A stretch of 64,000 nt of DNA from Candidatus Binatia bacterium (lineage in GTDB: Bacteria > Desulfobacterota > Binatia > Bin18), in assembly GCA_963422435.1 (NCBI GenBank), contig OY729511.1:244208-308207 (forward strand), given 5' to 3'. Position numbers and translations under genes: made by a program. Positions 52,841 to 64,000 of this stretch are shown one piece after another (the stretch's first letter is position 1; each line of letters opens with the position of its first letter). The notes under the pieces were generated by a model. The model ran no database searches. It worked only from the letters and a program-made list of their open reading frames with translations, and was not told the DNA's origin.

Positions 52841-55800
52841 TCACCCCGCCACTTCTGCGTCCGGCTGCCCCGCGGCCAGGGCATTCAGCCAGGCCAAACA
52901 CAAGGCGCGCGAGCGGGGGCGGCCATACCTCGCGGTTTCCTGGCGTTCGACAATCGGGAAGGTCGAATAGATGTAGCGAATGTCGTCGCGGTCGGTGATG
53001 CCGTACAGATGAAAGAACACCGCGTCGAGCTTGGCCCGTAGGCGCAAGCGGCGTTCCTCGTCCCACACGAACGGCGGCTTGACATTGCCCAACGCATCCA
53101 CATGGTCCAAGTCACGGGCGAAGGGGGCCATGTCGTGGGCGGTGTAGGTGAGTTCCAGCACGGCGGCGCGGACAATCTCCCCGGCAGTCTTGGGGCCGAA
53201 ACGGACTGCTTGAAAGCGGTCGAGTGGCACGACCGGCATCTGTTCCAGAGCGTACCACGTGAAATGCGTTGCCGGTACTTTCTGCCGCGCTACGTAGTCG
53301 AACGGCGCAGCATTCAGATTTGCGACAATCAGGCTTGCCTGTAACGCCGTATCATCAGCGCTATCAAGGAACGGGAGCACGGGAAGCGTATTCCCCGCAC
53401 CGGCACACGGGATGATGGCCGCAATCATCGTCCGCATATTGGTAGCTGCGGTAATGTCCTTGAACGCAATGACCCACTGGCTCGGCCAGGACCAGCGCTC
53501 CGCGGCGTCTTTCACGTAATAGCGCGGCTTCGGACTGCGACTAAAATCGGCCTTTTCTGAGTTGGGAATAGCTTCCTGCTGACCGGGACGGAAAAGGTTG
53601 TCCTGGTTTAAGATTGTATCCGCAGCACGATGGTCAAAGGCTTGCACCATCGTGCCCTCGTACAGCGGCAGCCACTCCCCGCTCGGACTACCAAAGCGAT
53701 GACCGCCAATCGGCCACGCGCCCTCCCCTTCTTCCAACTCTTTCCGCGTGCGGAACAAGCCGGAGTCGTTCGCCATGTGAAACATGGTCGAATATCGCAC
53801 CGGCCACGCCCGGACTTCCTCGTCACCGGAACGATCCACCAACACCGGCAGGCGGCCGTAGATAGCGGTCGTCAGCCTGGCGTCCCGCCGGGTACGGAAG
53901 ATGGGCGCGGTGCCGGTGTTGGGATTCACGCGGGCAAAGTCGGCCGCGGTCAGCGGAAAGCAGCGCTCCGGGTCGTTGAGTTCGGAGACATCCTGTAGAA
54001 AAAACGCGCAGTGGGCCGACTCACTGAACGAGGCCGGGCTGGCCACAAACGCACAGAACTTGAAGCGGCTATCCACATCCGGGAAGAACGGCGGCGCGTT
54101 GAACTTGGTTCTGCGATTCTCAAAGTCGTACAACGCCCGCAACCGCCCTTCCGTTGCGACACTCTGAAAAAATTCCGCAGCGGTTTTGTCCGACGCAATG
54201 CCGGACGGCACCAGCAGGCCGATCATGCCCGTCGGCTTGACCAGCGTCATGGCCCGCTCAACAAACAATGAGTATAGATTCACATCGCCCCGCGACAACA
54301 AAGGATAATCGCCACAGGTGCGCGCCATGCGTGTAGTCGTGGCCGCCCGTTCGTTCGCCTTGGCAAAATCACGGCTGAGCGGGTCGCCGTCCGTTTCCAG
54401 CGCGGCAATCAGGCGCTTGCGGTCGGACGCTCGCTGAGCATGGGCAATCTCGGGCCGGCGGGCCGCGAACCATTCGACCTGTTGCAGCTTGATACGGTCC
54501 CACGGCGGGTTGCCGACCACCGCATCAAAACCGCCGTCTGGCTCCACATTTTTCATATTTGTCCACACCCCAGGGAATGCAGCCTGCCAGTTCAGAAAGC
54601 GCTCTTCGACCATGAGCGTGCACCCCCGTTCCAACAGCCCGGCGAACCGTTCACCGTCGGGTGTCGCAGTCGAGACGGCGCACCGCCCCTGCGCAATGTC
54701 GAGCGGGTCGCCCAAACGGCCCTCGAAAAAGGCGTGAAGCGCGGCAGTGTCGGCGCGGTCCTGCACGTCCAGCCAGTCGAAGGCGTGCAGCAGGGCCAGA
54801 AACGCGTCGAGCGGCGCAGTCAGAGCTTCCACTTGGGCAAAGGTGTGTGCGGACCGGTGGGCCTCGGCAATCTCGGCGTCTGTCAGATGCTCCACCACCT
54901 GCATGGCGTCAGCCGCATCCGCGGCCCGGTTTACTGGCTCGTGGATGAACAGCCCATGACCACCGGCACTCATCTTCTCTATGCCCTGGCGCGCCCAGCA
55001 GCCGAACAGACTGTTGCCACAGCGCAAATGGTGATCCAGAAAGCTCAGCGGTGCCCCCACGGTGAACGTGTGCAGCCAGAGCGAGACCTTGGCCAGTTCA
55101 ACGGCCATCGGGTTTTTGTCTACGCCATAGACGCAACGCTTGAGCACCATGCGCCGAATGATATGCCGGTCGTCAAGCTGTTCCGCGTCCATGGTCCAGC
55201 CGCGCTCGCCGGCATTCTTCAGGATAGTGGTGCGCATAGCGTCAATCCGCTCGGTCAACGGCGAAACATAGCCGGCAACCGTGGCCTGAGCCTCGGCAAG
55301 CGCGGCAATCACGCTGTCGGCCAGATAGTCCACCAGACTGACCAGAAAATGCCCGGAGCCCATAGCCGGGTCGCAGATTTTCAGTTCCAACAGCCGCTCA
55401 GCAGGATCGTGCCGCTTGAGGTCGTGCCGCTTGAATCCGCCGCCCAGCCGACTCCGGGCGTACTTGGCCACGGTGGCAGTGAACGTGTCCAGACGGGCCT
55501 GCACCAAGGGCTCGACCGTTTCCCGGATAATTACACCCACCAGGTCGTCCGGGGTGTAATAGCTGCCCGAGCCCTTGCGGGCGAACACATTGGGCCGCAC
55601 GCTGATTTCGCCGCCAGCGCGCACAACTTCGTATTCGAGCAGGCGTTCATAAATCGAGCCGAGTTGCTGCACGCTCAGGTCACGGTAGTTGATATAGCGC
55701 CGACCCTCTTCCGTCTGCTCAAACGACAGCGCGTCAATGACATCGGCCATGACCGCATCGCCCAACCGAACAGCCGCCAGCAACGGCGTGCGCTGCCGGT

Positions 55801-56935
55801 CGAACAGACCGCCGTTATAGGGCGGCAGGCCAATCGATGTGTCGCCGTGGTCAATCGCCCGGCACAGATCGTCGATGACCGCCCAGTAACGGGCCGCGCG
55901 GGCCGAGAAAGTATCGCCCGCGTCCTTGCGACGCCCGACATCACGCCGCACCTTGTCGCGCAGGCCGTAGTCGTCGTAGCGATGGTCCCGGACCGGCAGC
56001 AGATCACGGTCTTCGGCATACAGGAGAAACAACAGTCGGTAGAGCAGAATCAAGGCCGCGTCACGCACCTCGGCCAACGGCGCGTCCGGGGCAGCTTCGG
56101 CAATGGCCCGCGCCAGGCTGGGAAAGACCTGTTTGAAAACCAGTTCGGACAGGTCAGCGGCAACGCGTTCTTCGTAGAGCTGGCCCTCATCAAGAACGCG
56201 CTGGTGGAGCGTGCGCGAGTCCGCGCTGGCCGGACCGGACAGAAAGGCATTGCGACGAAAAAAGAGTACGAACAGCGTGAGGCAGTGCCGGCGCTCGGCC
56301 TCGGACAGCGCGAACAGGCCGTCGTTATGGCCGGGCAGACCCAGGATCGGCGCCAAATCAAGCTCGAAGAACTGTTCCGACACGGACCGCGCGCCAGCCC
56401 AATACAGCCGCCACTTGACTCCATTAGTCAGTACCCCCCAGCGCAGCGTACCGTTCGTCAGGTCGTCCACCCGTCGCAGGTAGCGCAACATCTGAGTCGA
56501 AGGCGCGGTCTCCTCACCCTGCCGCTCGGAGCGCCGGTCAAGCGGGCGTTGCCAACGCTTGGACTCGACCACGGCCAAGCCGTATTCATACCGTTTCCAT
56601 TCCTGCCGGTAGCGGTTGGCACGATCCTTGGTCGCTTCGTCTGCAAAGAGCAGACCGTCCGGCACATCGTCCCGCCCGCGTGACGAGAGATTCTGTTGGC
56701 GCAGGCTGGCCGTCCAGCCCAAGGCTCCGAGTACCGGCCAGATCAGATCGTCCTCGGTCTGGCTCTCGTTGGGGGTCTGGCCGGTCGGGAAGCGGTCGAA
56801 TATATTCCGCAGCGCCCGTTCACATTCGTCCAGCGCAGCGTCGTCAACGGCCTGCCAGTCAGATAACTGCGCGATGGATTCCGTCAGAAAATCGCGGGCA
56901 AACAGACTGCCCTGGACTGCGCTCTCAATGTTCAC
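52841..56935 (-). CDS. Type IIG fused restriction endonuclease / N6-adenine methyltransferase (Eco57I-like)
   Basis: N-terminal PD...ESK nuclease motif, GSYYTP, DPAMGSGHFL, GNPPW, C-terminal specificity region. Confidence 0.92.
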   Translation of the reverse strand: MNIESAVQGSLFARDFLTESIAQLSDWQAVDDAALDECERALRNIFDRFPTGQTPNESQTEDDLIWPVLGALGWTASLRQQNLSSRGRDDVPDGLLFADEATKDRANRYRQEWKRYEYGLAVVESKRWQRPLDRRSERQGEETAPSTQMLRYLRRVDDLTNGTLRWGVLTNGVKWRLYWAGARSVSEQFFELDLAPILGLPGHNDGLFALSEAERRHCLTLFVLFFRRNAFLSGPASADSRTLHQRVLDEGQLYEERVAADLSELVFKQVFPSLARAIAEAAPDAPLAEVRDAALILLYRLLFLLYAEDRDLLPVRDHRYDDYGLRDKVRRDVGRRKDAGDTFSARAARYWAVIDDLCRAIDHGDTSIGLPPYNGGLFDRQRTPLLAAVRLGDAVMADVIDALSFEQTEEGRRYINYRDLSVQQLGSIYERLLEYEVVRAGGEISVRPNVFARKGSGSYYTPDDLVGVIIRETVEPLVQARLDTFTATVAKYARSRLGGGFKRHDLKRHDPAERLLELKICDPAMGSGHFLVSLVDYLADSVIAALAEAQATVAGYVSPLTERIDAMRTTILKNAGERGWTMDAEQLDDRHIIRRMVLKRCVYGVDKNPMAVELAKVSLWLHTFTVGAPLSFLDHHLRCGNSLFGCWARQGIEKMSAGGHGLFIHEPVNRAADAADAMQVVEHLTDAEIAEAHRSAHTFAQVEALTAPLDAFLALLHAFDWLDVQDRADTAALHAFFEGRLGDPLDIAQGRCAVSTATPDGERFAGLLERGCTLMVEERFLNWQAAFPGVWTNMKNVEPDGGFDAVVGNPPWDRIKLQQVEWFAARRPEIAHAQRASDRKRLIAALETDGDPLSRDFAKANERAATTTRMARTCGDYPLLSRGDVNLYSLFVERAMTLVKPTGMIGLLVPSGIASDKTAAEFFQSVATEGRLRALYDFENRRTKFNAPPFFPDVDSRFKFCAFVASPASFSESAHCAFFLQDVSELNDPERCFPLTAADFARVNPNTGTAPIFRTRRDARLTTAIYGRLPVLVDRSGDEEVRAWPVRYSTMFHMANDSGLFRTRKELEEGEGAWPIGGHRFGSPSGEWLPLYEGTMVQAFDHRAADTILNQDNLFRPGQQEAIPNSEKADFSRSPKPRYYVKDAAERWSWPSQWVIAFKDITAATNMRTMIAAIIPCAGAGNTLPVLPFLDSADDTALQASLIVANLNAAPFDYVARQKVPATHFTWYALEQMPVVPLDRFQAVRFGPKTAGEIVRAAVLELTYTAHDMAPFARDLDHVDALGNVKPPFVWDEERRLRLRAKLDAVFFHLYGITDRDDIRYIYSTFPIVERQETARYGRPRSRALCLAWLNALAAGQPDAEVAG

Positions 56936-57066
56936 GTGCCCAGATTTCTTGTGTTGTTATTGATGTGGGAGGAACCGCAGAGGAAGTCAGAAACCCGCTG
57001 AAACCCAGAGTGCTCTCTTCTGGAACACTCTCCGTCTCTGCACCCAGCCCAGTGCCGCAAACAGCG

Positions 57067-59271
57067 CTACCCCACCCGGGCCAACTCCAGCCGGCCGGCC
57101 CAGCGATCTTCGAGAACGGCGCGCAGCCGGCGGGATTCGGCTGTCGTCAGGTTAGGGTCGCGTTCGAGCCAGGCCAGGGCTTCGTCTCGCGCGGTTTCCA
57201 GCAGTTTGCTGTCGCGCACGATATTGGCCACCCGGAAGTCGGGCAGGCCGGACTGGCGCGTGCCCAGAAACTCGCCCGGCCCGCGAAACGCCAGGTCGGC
57301 TTCGGCAATTTTGAAGCCGTCGTCGGTTTCCGTCATGACCTGAAGACGCCGCAGGGACTCGTCGCCCGGCGCGTACTGGGCCAGCAGCAGACACAATGAG
57401 GCCGCCTGCCCGCGCCCGACTCGTCCGCGCAACTGGTGCAACTGGGCCAGGCCGAAGCGTTCGGCATGCTCAATCACCATGACCGTCGCGTTGGGCACGT
57501 CAATGCCAACCTCAATGACGGTGGTCGAAACGAGCAGGTGATGCTCGCCGGCCTTGAAGCGCTGCATGACCGCGTCTTTTTCGTCGCCCTTCATGCGGCC
57601 GTGGACGAGCCCGACCGAATATTTGGCAAAGAAAGTCTGGGCCAGCTCTTTGGCCATGGAGGTCGCGGCCTTCAGGTCGGACTTCTCGGATTCCTCAACC
57701 AACGGATAGACCACATAGGCTTGATGCCCCCGTTCGAGCTGGTCTTTAACCAGATGATATGCCTTTTTCCGCTCGCCTTCATGGAACACATGGGTCGTAA
57801 TCGGCTTGCGGCCCGGCGGGCGTTCGTCCAGGGCTGAGACATCCAGGTCGCCGTACAGGGTCAGGGCCAGGGTGCGGGGGATGGGGGTGGCGGTCAGCAG
57901 CAGAATATCTGGATTCGCGCCCCGTTTCCGCAAGGCGGCGCGCTGCATCACCCCAAAGCGATGCTGCTCATCCACAATGGCCAAGCCCAGATGCTGAAAG
58001 CGCACGCCCTCCTGGATCAGGGCGTGCGTGCCAACCGCCATCTCGACCTCGCCCCGTTCCAGGAGCCCGTAGATCTCTTGTTTCCGTTTTGGGCGGATTT
58101 CTCCGGTCAGCAGCGTCATGGACAGGCCGAGCTGCTCGGCCAGCGGCGTCAGCGTCCGGTAGTGCTGCTCGGCCAGGAGTTCCGTCGGAGCCATGAAGGC
58201 CACCTGGTAGCCGCTATCGAGGGCGGCCAGGGCCGCAAAGAAAGCCACGATGGTCTTGCCCGAGCCAACATCTCCCTGGACCAGGCGGTTCATCGGGTGG
58301 GGAGCGGCCATATCCAGAAAAATCGCCTCGACCACTCGCTCTTGGGCCGCGGTCAATTGGAACGGCAGGATACCGTACACCTGCCGGACGAGCGGCCCCG
58401 GCACAATGGACAACCCCTCTTCCCGGACGGTATTGCGCCGGCGCAGCGCCATCCCCAGTTGCAAATAAAAGAGTTCGTCGAACACGACCGCCCGATGCGC
58501 CTGAGAGGTAGCCGCATTGAGTTCAGCAACCTCAGCATCGAGCGAAGGGCAGTGCAACTGCCGCAGGGCGTGACTGAGCGGCATCAGGTGCAGGCGCTCA
58601 CAAATGTCCTGCGGCACGCCGTTGGAGACCTGATCGACATAGAGGTCAACGGCACCCTGCACGACCCGCCGCATGGCAGCCACCGTCATTTCGGTGGTCT
58701 TATTATAAATGGGCAAGACGCGGGCGGTCTCGTCGTCTTCCTCCAGCGGCTCCATGTCCGGGTGGATCATCCACTTGCCACCCTTCATGCCCTTCTCAAC
58801 CTTGCCGTACAGCAGGACCCGCTGACCAAGCTGATAGCGCTGCTGAAAATAGCGATGCTGGTGATACCACAGCAGAAAGAGAAAACCGGTTTCGTCTCGG
58901 ACAACGGCTTCAAGCACCCAGCGACGCCGACGGGCCAGAAAGCGACGTTCCATCCGGGCGATTTGGCCGCTGACCGCCGTCTCATCTCCCATCTGAAGAT
59001 GACAGATTTGCTTGATTTCGCGCCGGTCCTGATAGCGGAAGGGAATATGGTAGAGCAGGTCTTCGACCGTTGCTATGCCCAGCCGCGCCAACTGCTCGGC
59101 CCGACGCGGGCCCACGCCTTTGACATACTGCACCGAATTTTTGAGCGCCGGTCCTGAGCCCGGTCGAAGGGGCGGCTGAGACGAACGAAAAGACCGCACC
59201 GGAGCAGCCTTCCCCTCTCCCCTCTCCCCTAGCCCCTGTCCCCTGTCCACTTTTGACTTTCCGCCAGCCAT
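57067..59271 (-). CDS. recG: ATP-dependent DNA helicase RecG
   Basis: VKGVGP, QGDVGSGKT, DEQHRFG, TATPIPRT, QLRGRVGRG, RGPGE. Confidence 0.97.
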   Translation of the reverse strand: MAGGKSKVDRGQGLGERGEGKAAPVRSFRSSQPPLRPGSGPALKNSVQYVKGVGPRRAEQLARLGIATVEDLLYHIPFRYQDRREIKQICHLQMGDETAVSGQIARMERRFLARRRRWVLEAVVRDETGFLFLLWYHQHRYFQQRYQLGQRVLLYGKVEKGMKGGKWMIHPDMEPLEEDDETARVLPIYNKTTEMTVAAMRRVVQGAVDLYVDQVSNGVPQDICERLHLMPLSHALRQLHCPSLDAEVAELNAATSQAHRAVVFDELFYLQLGMALRRRNTVREEGLSIVPGPLVRQVYGILPFQLTAAQERVVEAIFLDMAAPHPMNRLVQGDVGSGKTIVAFFAALAALDSGYQVAFMAPTELLAEQHYRTLTPLAEQLGLSMTLLTGEIRPKRKQEIYGLLERGEVEMAVGTHALIQEGVRFQHLGLAIVDEQHRFGVMQRAALRKRGANPDILLLTATPIPRTLALTLYGDLDVSALDERPPGRKPITTHVFHEGERKKAYHLVKDQLERGHQAYVVYPLVEESEKSDLKAATSMAKELAQTFFAKYSVGLVHGRMKGDEKDAVMQRFKAGEHHLLVSTTVIEVGIDVPNATVMVIEHAERFGLAQLHQLRGRVGRGQAASLCLLLAQYAPGDESLRRLQVMTETDDGFKIAEADLAFRGPGEFLGTRQSGLPDFRVANIVRDSKLLETARDEALAWLERDPNLTTAESRRLRAVLEDRWAGRLELARVG
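59147..59170 (+). repeat. 24-bp mini-element copy in the recG 5' region
   Basis: gccggtcctgagcccggtcgaagg, read as PLRPGSGP on the coding strand. Confidence 0.75.
59212..59260. repeat. Degenerate heptamer tandem repeat (7 x 7 bp)
   Basis: cccctct cccctct cccctag cccctgt cccctgt ccacttt tgacttt. Confidence 0.75.
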
Positions 59272-59278
59272 ACCCCTC

Positions 59279-62200
59279 TTATCCGTGATATTCCTGAAGC
59301 GGGCACACGCCGAGCAGGCCCCGCTTGAGGCGGGTAATGCCTTCGACCGCTGCTTCCGCTCCCGCCAGCGTCGTAAAATACGGCACCTGACACTCCAGGG
59401 AACTCCGCCGAATCGAAAAGGAATCCTTGATAGACTGAGCCCCCTCGGTCGTATTAATGACCAGATCGATCGAGCCCGCCTGGAGGGCATCCACAATATG
59501 CGGGGAACCTTCCAGAACTTTATTCACCATCTCAACAGACAGCCCGTGCTGCCGGAGAAATGCACAGGTGCCGCGCGTCGCCACCATAGAGAAGCCATTC
59601 TCCGCCAACTGTTTGGCAATAGGCAGGGTGGCAGGTTTATCGCGGTCACGAACACTCAGGAAGACCTTGCCCGTTTCCGGCAAGATATTCCCCGCCGCAA
59701 ATTGCGCTTTGACAAAAGCCATGGCAAAGGACTGGTCCACCCCCATGACTTCGCCGGTTGACTTCATTTCCGGTCCCAGGATGGTATCCACGCCGGGGAA
59801 TTTAATAAACGGAAAAACCGCTTCTTTGACGTTGACATGAGCGGGAATGACTTCCTGGGTAAAACCCAGTTCGTCCAGGGTTTTCCCCGCCATGACGCGC
59901 GCGGCTATCTTTGCCAGCGGAATGCCGATCGCCTTACTCACAAACGGCACGGTCCGTGAGGCGCGCGGATTCACCTCGATCAGAAAAACCTGCTGATCCT
60001 GAACGGCGAACTGGATGTTCATCAGGCCAACCACGCCCAACTCTCGGGCCAACAGAGTGGTTTGCCGCCGAATCTCAGCCTGCACCGCGGCCGACAGGGT
60101 GCGCGGCGGGAGCGAACACGCACTGTCACCGGAGTGGACACCGGCGAGTTCGATATGTTCCATAATGCCGCCGATCACCACAGCCCGGCCGTCGCTCAGA
60201 GCGTCGACATCAACCTCGGTGGCGTCATCCAGGAATTGATCGATCAGGACCGGCCGCTCCGCGGACACGGACACGGCCTCGCGCATATAGCGTCGCAGGC
60301 TTGCCTCGTCATACACCAGCTCCATGGCCCGTCCGCCCAGAACATAGGAGGGACGGACCAGCACCGGATAGGCAATGTCCTGGGCGATAACCACGGCTTC
60401 CTCAACCGACCGGGCGGTGCCATTGGCAGGCTGTCGCAGGTCGAGCCGTTCGAGCATCCGCTTAAACCGTTCGCGGTCCTCGGCCCGGTCAATGGCATCT
60501 GGCGGCGTGCCCAGAATTGGCACCCCGGCCCGTTCGAGCGGCACGGCCAGCTTGAGCGGTGTCTGCCCGCCGAACTGAACAATGACCCCATACGGCTGTT
60601 CGCGCTGTACGATACTCAGCACATCTTCCAGCGTCAGCGGCTCAAAATACAGCTTGTCAGACGTGTCATAATCTGTGCTGACGGTCTCGGGGTTACAGTT
60701 CACCATAATGGCTTCAAAGCCGTCTTCTTTGAGCGCAAAGGCGGCGTGCACGCAGCAATAGTCGAACTCGATGCCCTGGCCGATCCGATTCGGCCCGCCA
60801 CCCAGAATGATCACCTTCTTGCGATCAGTCGGCTGGGACTCGTCTTCTCCTTCGACTTGGCTCAGGACAGGCCCTTCGTAGGTTGAGTATAAATAGGGCG
60901 TGTGGGCCACAAATTCGGCGGCGCAGGTGTCTACTGTTTTATAGACCGGAATCACGCCCAGACGTTCGCGTTCGGCCCGGACGGCATCCTCGCTGACACC
61001 GAGCAGACGGCCAAGATGGACGTCAGAAAAGCCCATCTGTTTCGCCCGGCGCAACAGGCCGGGCGGTAATACCGCCCCGGTGGTCTCATCCGTCCCCCCC
61101 GCCCGCTGGACCTCTTTTTCGCACTCTACGATGTGCCCGATATTATCGAGAAACCACGGATCGATTTTTGAGAGCTGATAGAGTTCATCCACACTCATGC
61201 CCAGGCGGAGCGCTTCCGCCACAAACCACAACCGCTGGGCGTTTGGGGTTTGCAGGGACGCGCGCAGGGCGTCCAGCGGCGTCTCGGCGGGTAGAGATTC
61301 AAACCCGTAGCTGTCGATTTCGAGCGAACGCAGGGCTTTCTGAAGCGCCTCCTTGAAGGTCCGACCTATGGACATGGCCTCACCGACCGATTTCATCTGC
61401 GGTCCGAGCAAATCCCGCGCTTGGGGAAATTTGTCAAAAGTAAAACGCGGCATCTTGACCACTACATAGTCGATCGTGGGTTCAAAAGAGGCTGGTGTCT
61501 CGCGCGTAATATCATTCGGAATTTCGTCCAGGGTATAGCCCACAGCCAGTTTTGCGGCAATTTTGGCAATCGGAAAGCCGGTGGCTTTACTCGCCAGAGC
61601 CGACGAGCGGGACACCCGGGGGTTCATTTCAATCACGACCAGCCGACCGGTCTCCGGGTGGACGGCGAACTGGATATTGGACCCGCCCGTGTCCACCCCA
61701 ATCTCGCGGATGATGCGCAGGGCCGCATCCCGCATGAGTTGGTATTCCTTATCGGTCAGGGTCTGGGCGGGCGCGACCGTAATGGAATCACCGGTATGGA
61801 CGCCGAGCGGGTCGAAATTTTCGATGGAACAGATGATGACCACATTGTCCTGGGTGTCACGCATCACTTCCAGTTCAAACTCTTTCCAGCCGGCGATTGA
61901 CTCCTCAATCAGAACCTCATGGGTGGGAGAGGCCTGCAAGCCCCACTCGACAATGGTCTGAAACTCCTGCGGGGTCTGGACGATCCCGCCCCCGGCCCCC
62001 CCAAGAGTGCGGGACGGTCGGATAATCAACGGCAGGCCCAAGGTCTCGCGCAAGGCATAGGCTTCCTCAAGAGAGTGGATATAGCCGCTCCGGGGCAGGT
62101 CCAGCCCGATGCGCTCCATGGCCGCCTTGAACAAGTCTCGGTCTTCGGCTTTCTTGATGGCCGGTAGCTTGGCCCCGATGAGTTCCACTCCGTAGCGGTC

Positions 62201-62524
62201 GAGAATACCGGCTTCGGCCAGGTCAATGGCCAGATTCAAACCGGTCTGGCCGCCAATGGTCGGCAGCAGGGCGTCTGGACTTTCCCGTTCAATAATTTTT
62301 TCAAGGACGGGCCGGGTCAGCGGCTCAATATAGGTCCGATCGGCAAAATCGGGGTCGGTCATAATTGTGGCCGGATTCGAGTTGACGAGTATGACGCGGT
62401 AGCCCTCCTCTTTGAGCGCCTTGCAGGCCTGGGTGCCTGAATAATCGAATTCACACGCCTGGCCAATCACAATGGGGCCGGAGCCAATCAGTAAAATGGA
62501 ATGGAGGTCTGTACGCTTGGGCAT
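59279..62524 (-). CDS. carB: Carbamoyl-phosphate synthase large subunit
   Basis: [23 protein letters not shown], two ATP-grasp halves, MGS domain. Confidence 0.99.
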   Translation of the reverse strand: MPKRTDLHSILLIGSGPIVIGQACEFDYSGTQACKALKEEGYRVILVNSNPATIMTDPDFADRTYIEPLTRPVLEKIIERESPDALLPTIGGQTGLNLAIDLAEAGILDRYGVELIGAKLPAIKKAEDRDLFKAAMERIGLDLPRSGYIHSLEEAYALRETLGLPLIIRPSRTLGGAGGGIVQTPQEFQTIVEWGLQASPTHEVLIEESIAGWKEFELEVMRDTQDNVVIICSIENFDPLGVHTGDSITVAPAQTLTDKEYQLMRDAALRIIREIGVDTGGSNIQFAVHPETGRLVVIEMNPRVSRSSALASKATGFPIAKIAAKLAVGYTLDEIPNDITRETPASFEPTIDYVVVKMPRFTFDKFPQARDLLGPQMKSVGEAMSIGRTFKEALQKALRSLEIDSYGFESLPAETPLDALRASLQTPNAQRLWFVAEALRLGMSVDELYQLSKIDPWFLDNIGHIVECEKEVQRAGGTDETTGAVLPPGLLRRAKQMGFSDVHLGRLLGVSEDAVRAERERLGVIPVYKTVDTCAAEFVAHTPYLYSTYEGPVLSQVEGEDESQPTDRKKVIILGGGPNRIGQGIEFDYCCVHAAFALKEDGFEAIMVNCNPETVSTDYDTSDKLYFEPLTLEDVLSIVQREQPYGVIVQFGGQTPLKLAVPLERAGVPILGTPPDAIDRAEDRERFKRMLERLDLRQPANGTARSVEEAVVIAQDIAYPVLVRPSYVLGGRAMELVYDEASLRRYMREAVSVSAERPVLIDQFLDDATEVDVDALSDGRAVVIGGIMEHIELAGVHSGDSACSLPPRTLSAAVQAEIRRQTTLLARELGVVGLMNIQFAVQDQQVFLIEVNPRASRTVPFVSKAIGIPLAKIAARVMAGKTLDELGFTQEVIPAHVNVKEAVFPFIKFPGVDTILGPEMKSTGEVMGVDQSFAMAFVKAQFAAGNILPETGKVFLSVRDRDKPATLPIAKQLAENGFSMVATRGTCAFLRQHGLSVEMVNKVLEGSPHIVDALQAGSIDLVINTTEGAQSIKDSFSIRRSSLECQVPYFTTLAGAEAAVEGITRLKRGLLGVCPLQEYHG
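60849..60872 (-). repeat. 24-bp mini-element inserted in frame in carB
   Basis: gcctgtcctgagccaagtcgaagg; gives [18 protein letters not shown]. Confidence 0.88.
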
Positions 62525-62547
62525 GGTGTGTATCTGCTGGTCAGGAA

Positions 62548-63696
62548 TCAGCCGCGAAACTGCTCCATCAGCGCAGTGAAGCGCCGGAATAAGTAGTCTG
62601 CGTCATGGGGCCCCGGAGAAGACTCGGGATGATATTGCACGGAAAAGAGCGGCTCCTGTCTATGCCGCAGGCCTTCGACCGTCCGGTCGTTCAGGTTGAG
62701 ATGGGTGACTTCCGCCCGCTCGGATAACGAGTCCACGTCCACACAGAAACCGTGATTCTGCGCCGTAATTTCAACTTTCCGGGTGGTGAGGTCCATCACC
62801 GGCTGGTTGCCTCCGTGATGGCCGAATTTGAGTTTATAAGTTTGTCCACCCAAGGCCAGACCCAGAATCTGGTGTCCCAGACAGATGCCAAACAGGGGGA
62901 TTTTTCCCACCAGCGCAGCGATATTCTCCTTGGCATAGGGCACCGCCTCCGGGTCGCCCGGACCATTCGACAAAAAAACGCCATCCGGCTTGAGGCGCAG
63001 CACCTCTGTCGCAGGAGTGTGCGCCGGCACGACCCGGATCCGACAATCGGCCTCAACCAGATGGCGCAGGATGTTGAACTTCACCCCAAAATCGTAGGCA
63101 ACCACGAAGAAGCGCGGCTCGGGCGCCTGTCCCTTTTGTCCCGCCCCTTGCTGGCGATATCCGCCCTCCAGCTCCCAATAGCCTTGGGACCAGTCATACG
63201 GCTCGCTGCAGGTGACCTCTTTCACCAGATCGCGTCCGACCAAGCCAGGCGCGGCTTGGGCTTTTTCCACCAACCGCTTGGCATCAAGGTCACGGGTCGA
63301 GATCACGCCCTGTTGGGCGCCGCCATCACGAATACGACGGACGAGCGCCCGGGTATCAATGCCCTGAATGCCCACAATGTCATGCTCGCGCATATAGGCT
63401 GCCAGGCTCTTCTGAGCCCGCCAGTTGCTGGGCCGCTCCCAGTATTCCTTGACCACAAAGCCTTCAACACAGGGCTGACGGGATTCGACATCTTCGGCAT
63501 TGACCCCGACATTGCCGATCTCGGGATAGGTCATGGTAACGATCTGGCCTGTATAGGAGGGATCGGTCAGAATCTCCTGATAGCCGGTCAGCGCGGTGTT
63601 AAAGACGATCTCGCCAACCGCTTCTCCCTGAGCGCCAAAAGCGCTCCCCTCAAAAACCGTCCCATCGGCAAGGGCTAAGAGTGCTGTGGGTCTCAC
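62548..63696 (-). CDS. carA: Carbamoyl-phosphate synthase small subunit
   Basis: [30 protein letters not shown]. Confidence 0.99.
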   Translation of the reverse strand: MRPTALLALADGTVFEGSAFGAQGEAVGEIVFNTALTGYQEILTDPSYTGQIVTMTYPEIGNVGVNAEDVESRQPCVEGFVVKEYWERPSNWRAQKSLAAYMREHDIVGIQGIDTRALVRRIRDGGAQQGVISTRDLDAKRLVEKAQAAPGLVGRDLVKEVTCSEPYDWSQGYWELEGGYRQQGAGQKGQAPEPRFFVVAYDFGVKFNILRHLVEADCRIRVVPAHTPATEVLRLKPDGVFLSNGPGDPEAVPYAKENIAALVGKIPLFGICLGHQILGLALGGQTYKLKFGHHGGNQPVMDLTTRKVEITAQNHGFCVDVDSLSERAEVTHLNLNDRTVEGLRHRQEPLFSVQYHPESSPGPHDADYLFRRFTALMEQFRG

Positions 63697-64000
63697 GCCG
63701 GTTGGCCCTCCTGTTCACGGTCATCGTACACGACCCGGCCCTCAACCATGGTCAGCCGCACCTTGCCGGTCAACTCCCAACCGGCAAACGGCGTATTCTG
63801 ACTGCGCGACGGGGAGGCGAGTGGCTCCAGCCACCAACTCGCTCGCGTGTCAAAGATCGTCAGGTCCGCTGGCCTGCCCACCGCAAGCGTGCCGTAGGGC
63901 AGCCCCAGAATACGAGCCGGGTTTATGGTCAGTTTCCGCACCGCTTCAGAGAGCGATATCTCCCCGTCCTGGACTAAATGCAGCGTCAACGGCAGGGCCG
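63693..64000 (-). CDS. pyrC: Dihydroorotase, 3' part only
   Basis: [25 protein letters not shown]; directly upstream of carA. Confidence 0.9.
   Translation of the reverse strand, partial: ALPLTLHLVQDGEISLSEAVRKLTINPARILGLPYGTLAVGRPADLTIFDTRASWWLEPLASPSRSQNTPFAGWELTGKVRLTMVEGRVVYDDREQEGQPA

Noticed and set aside
51302-52972. Diversity-generating retroelement TR/VR pair
   Set aside because: Mismatches are not confined to adenines (e.g. gcg/gcc, agg/acc, cgc/cgt) and no reverse transcriptase is in the window.
54440-56683. Long + strand ORFs (747 aa here; also 45602-46834, 48610-49764, 57961-59157, 200-871)
   Set aside because: Antisense shadows of well-supported minus-strand genes in GC-rich DNA, with no recognisable motifs.

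Overview
GC-rich bacterial chromosomal segment. The gene content (many LLM monooxygenases, amidohydrolases, paired DUF1329 genes, an F420 reductase, DUF507, hom-thrC-apgM) suggests a Deltaproteobacteria-like lineage such as Binatia; this is inference, not a database result. The left half (1-31.5 kb) holds accessory catabolic and redox genes, and the right half holds housekeeping genes (groESL, dnaB, an isobutyryl-CoA-type mutase, threonine genes, recG, carAB, pyrC) plus a small defence island at 50.9-57 kb. Signals not visible in the ORF track: (1) a glutathione S-transferase with an in-frame UGA at the active-site position, followed by a perfect SECIS-like hairpin, so a probable selenoprotein; (2) a 24-bp element GCC(T/G)GTCCTGAGCNNNGTCGAAGG present five times, four copies lying in frame inside carB, recG and an aminotransferase, one nested inside another; (3) a secreted two-repeat cysteine-rich peptide gene split by an amber codon; (4) a two-gene DUF1828 module bracketed by 119-bp direct repeats of the 3' end of a Type IIG restriction-modification gene; (5) several pseudogenes eroded by internal deletion, including a cysK reduced to 101 bp.
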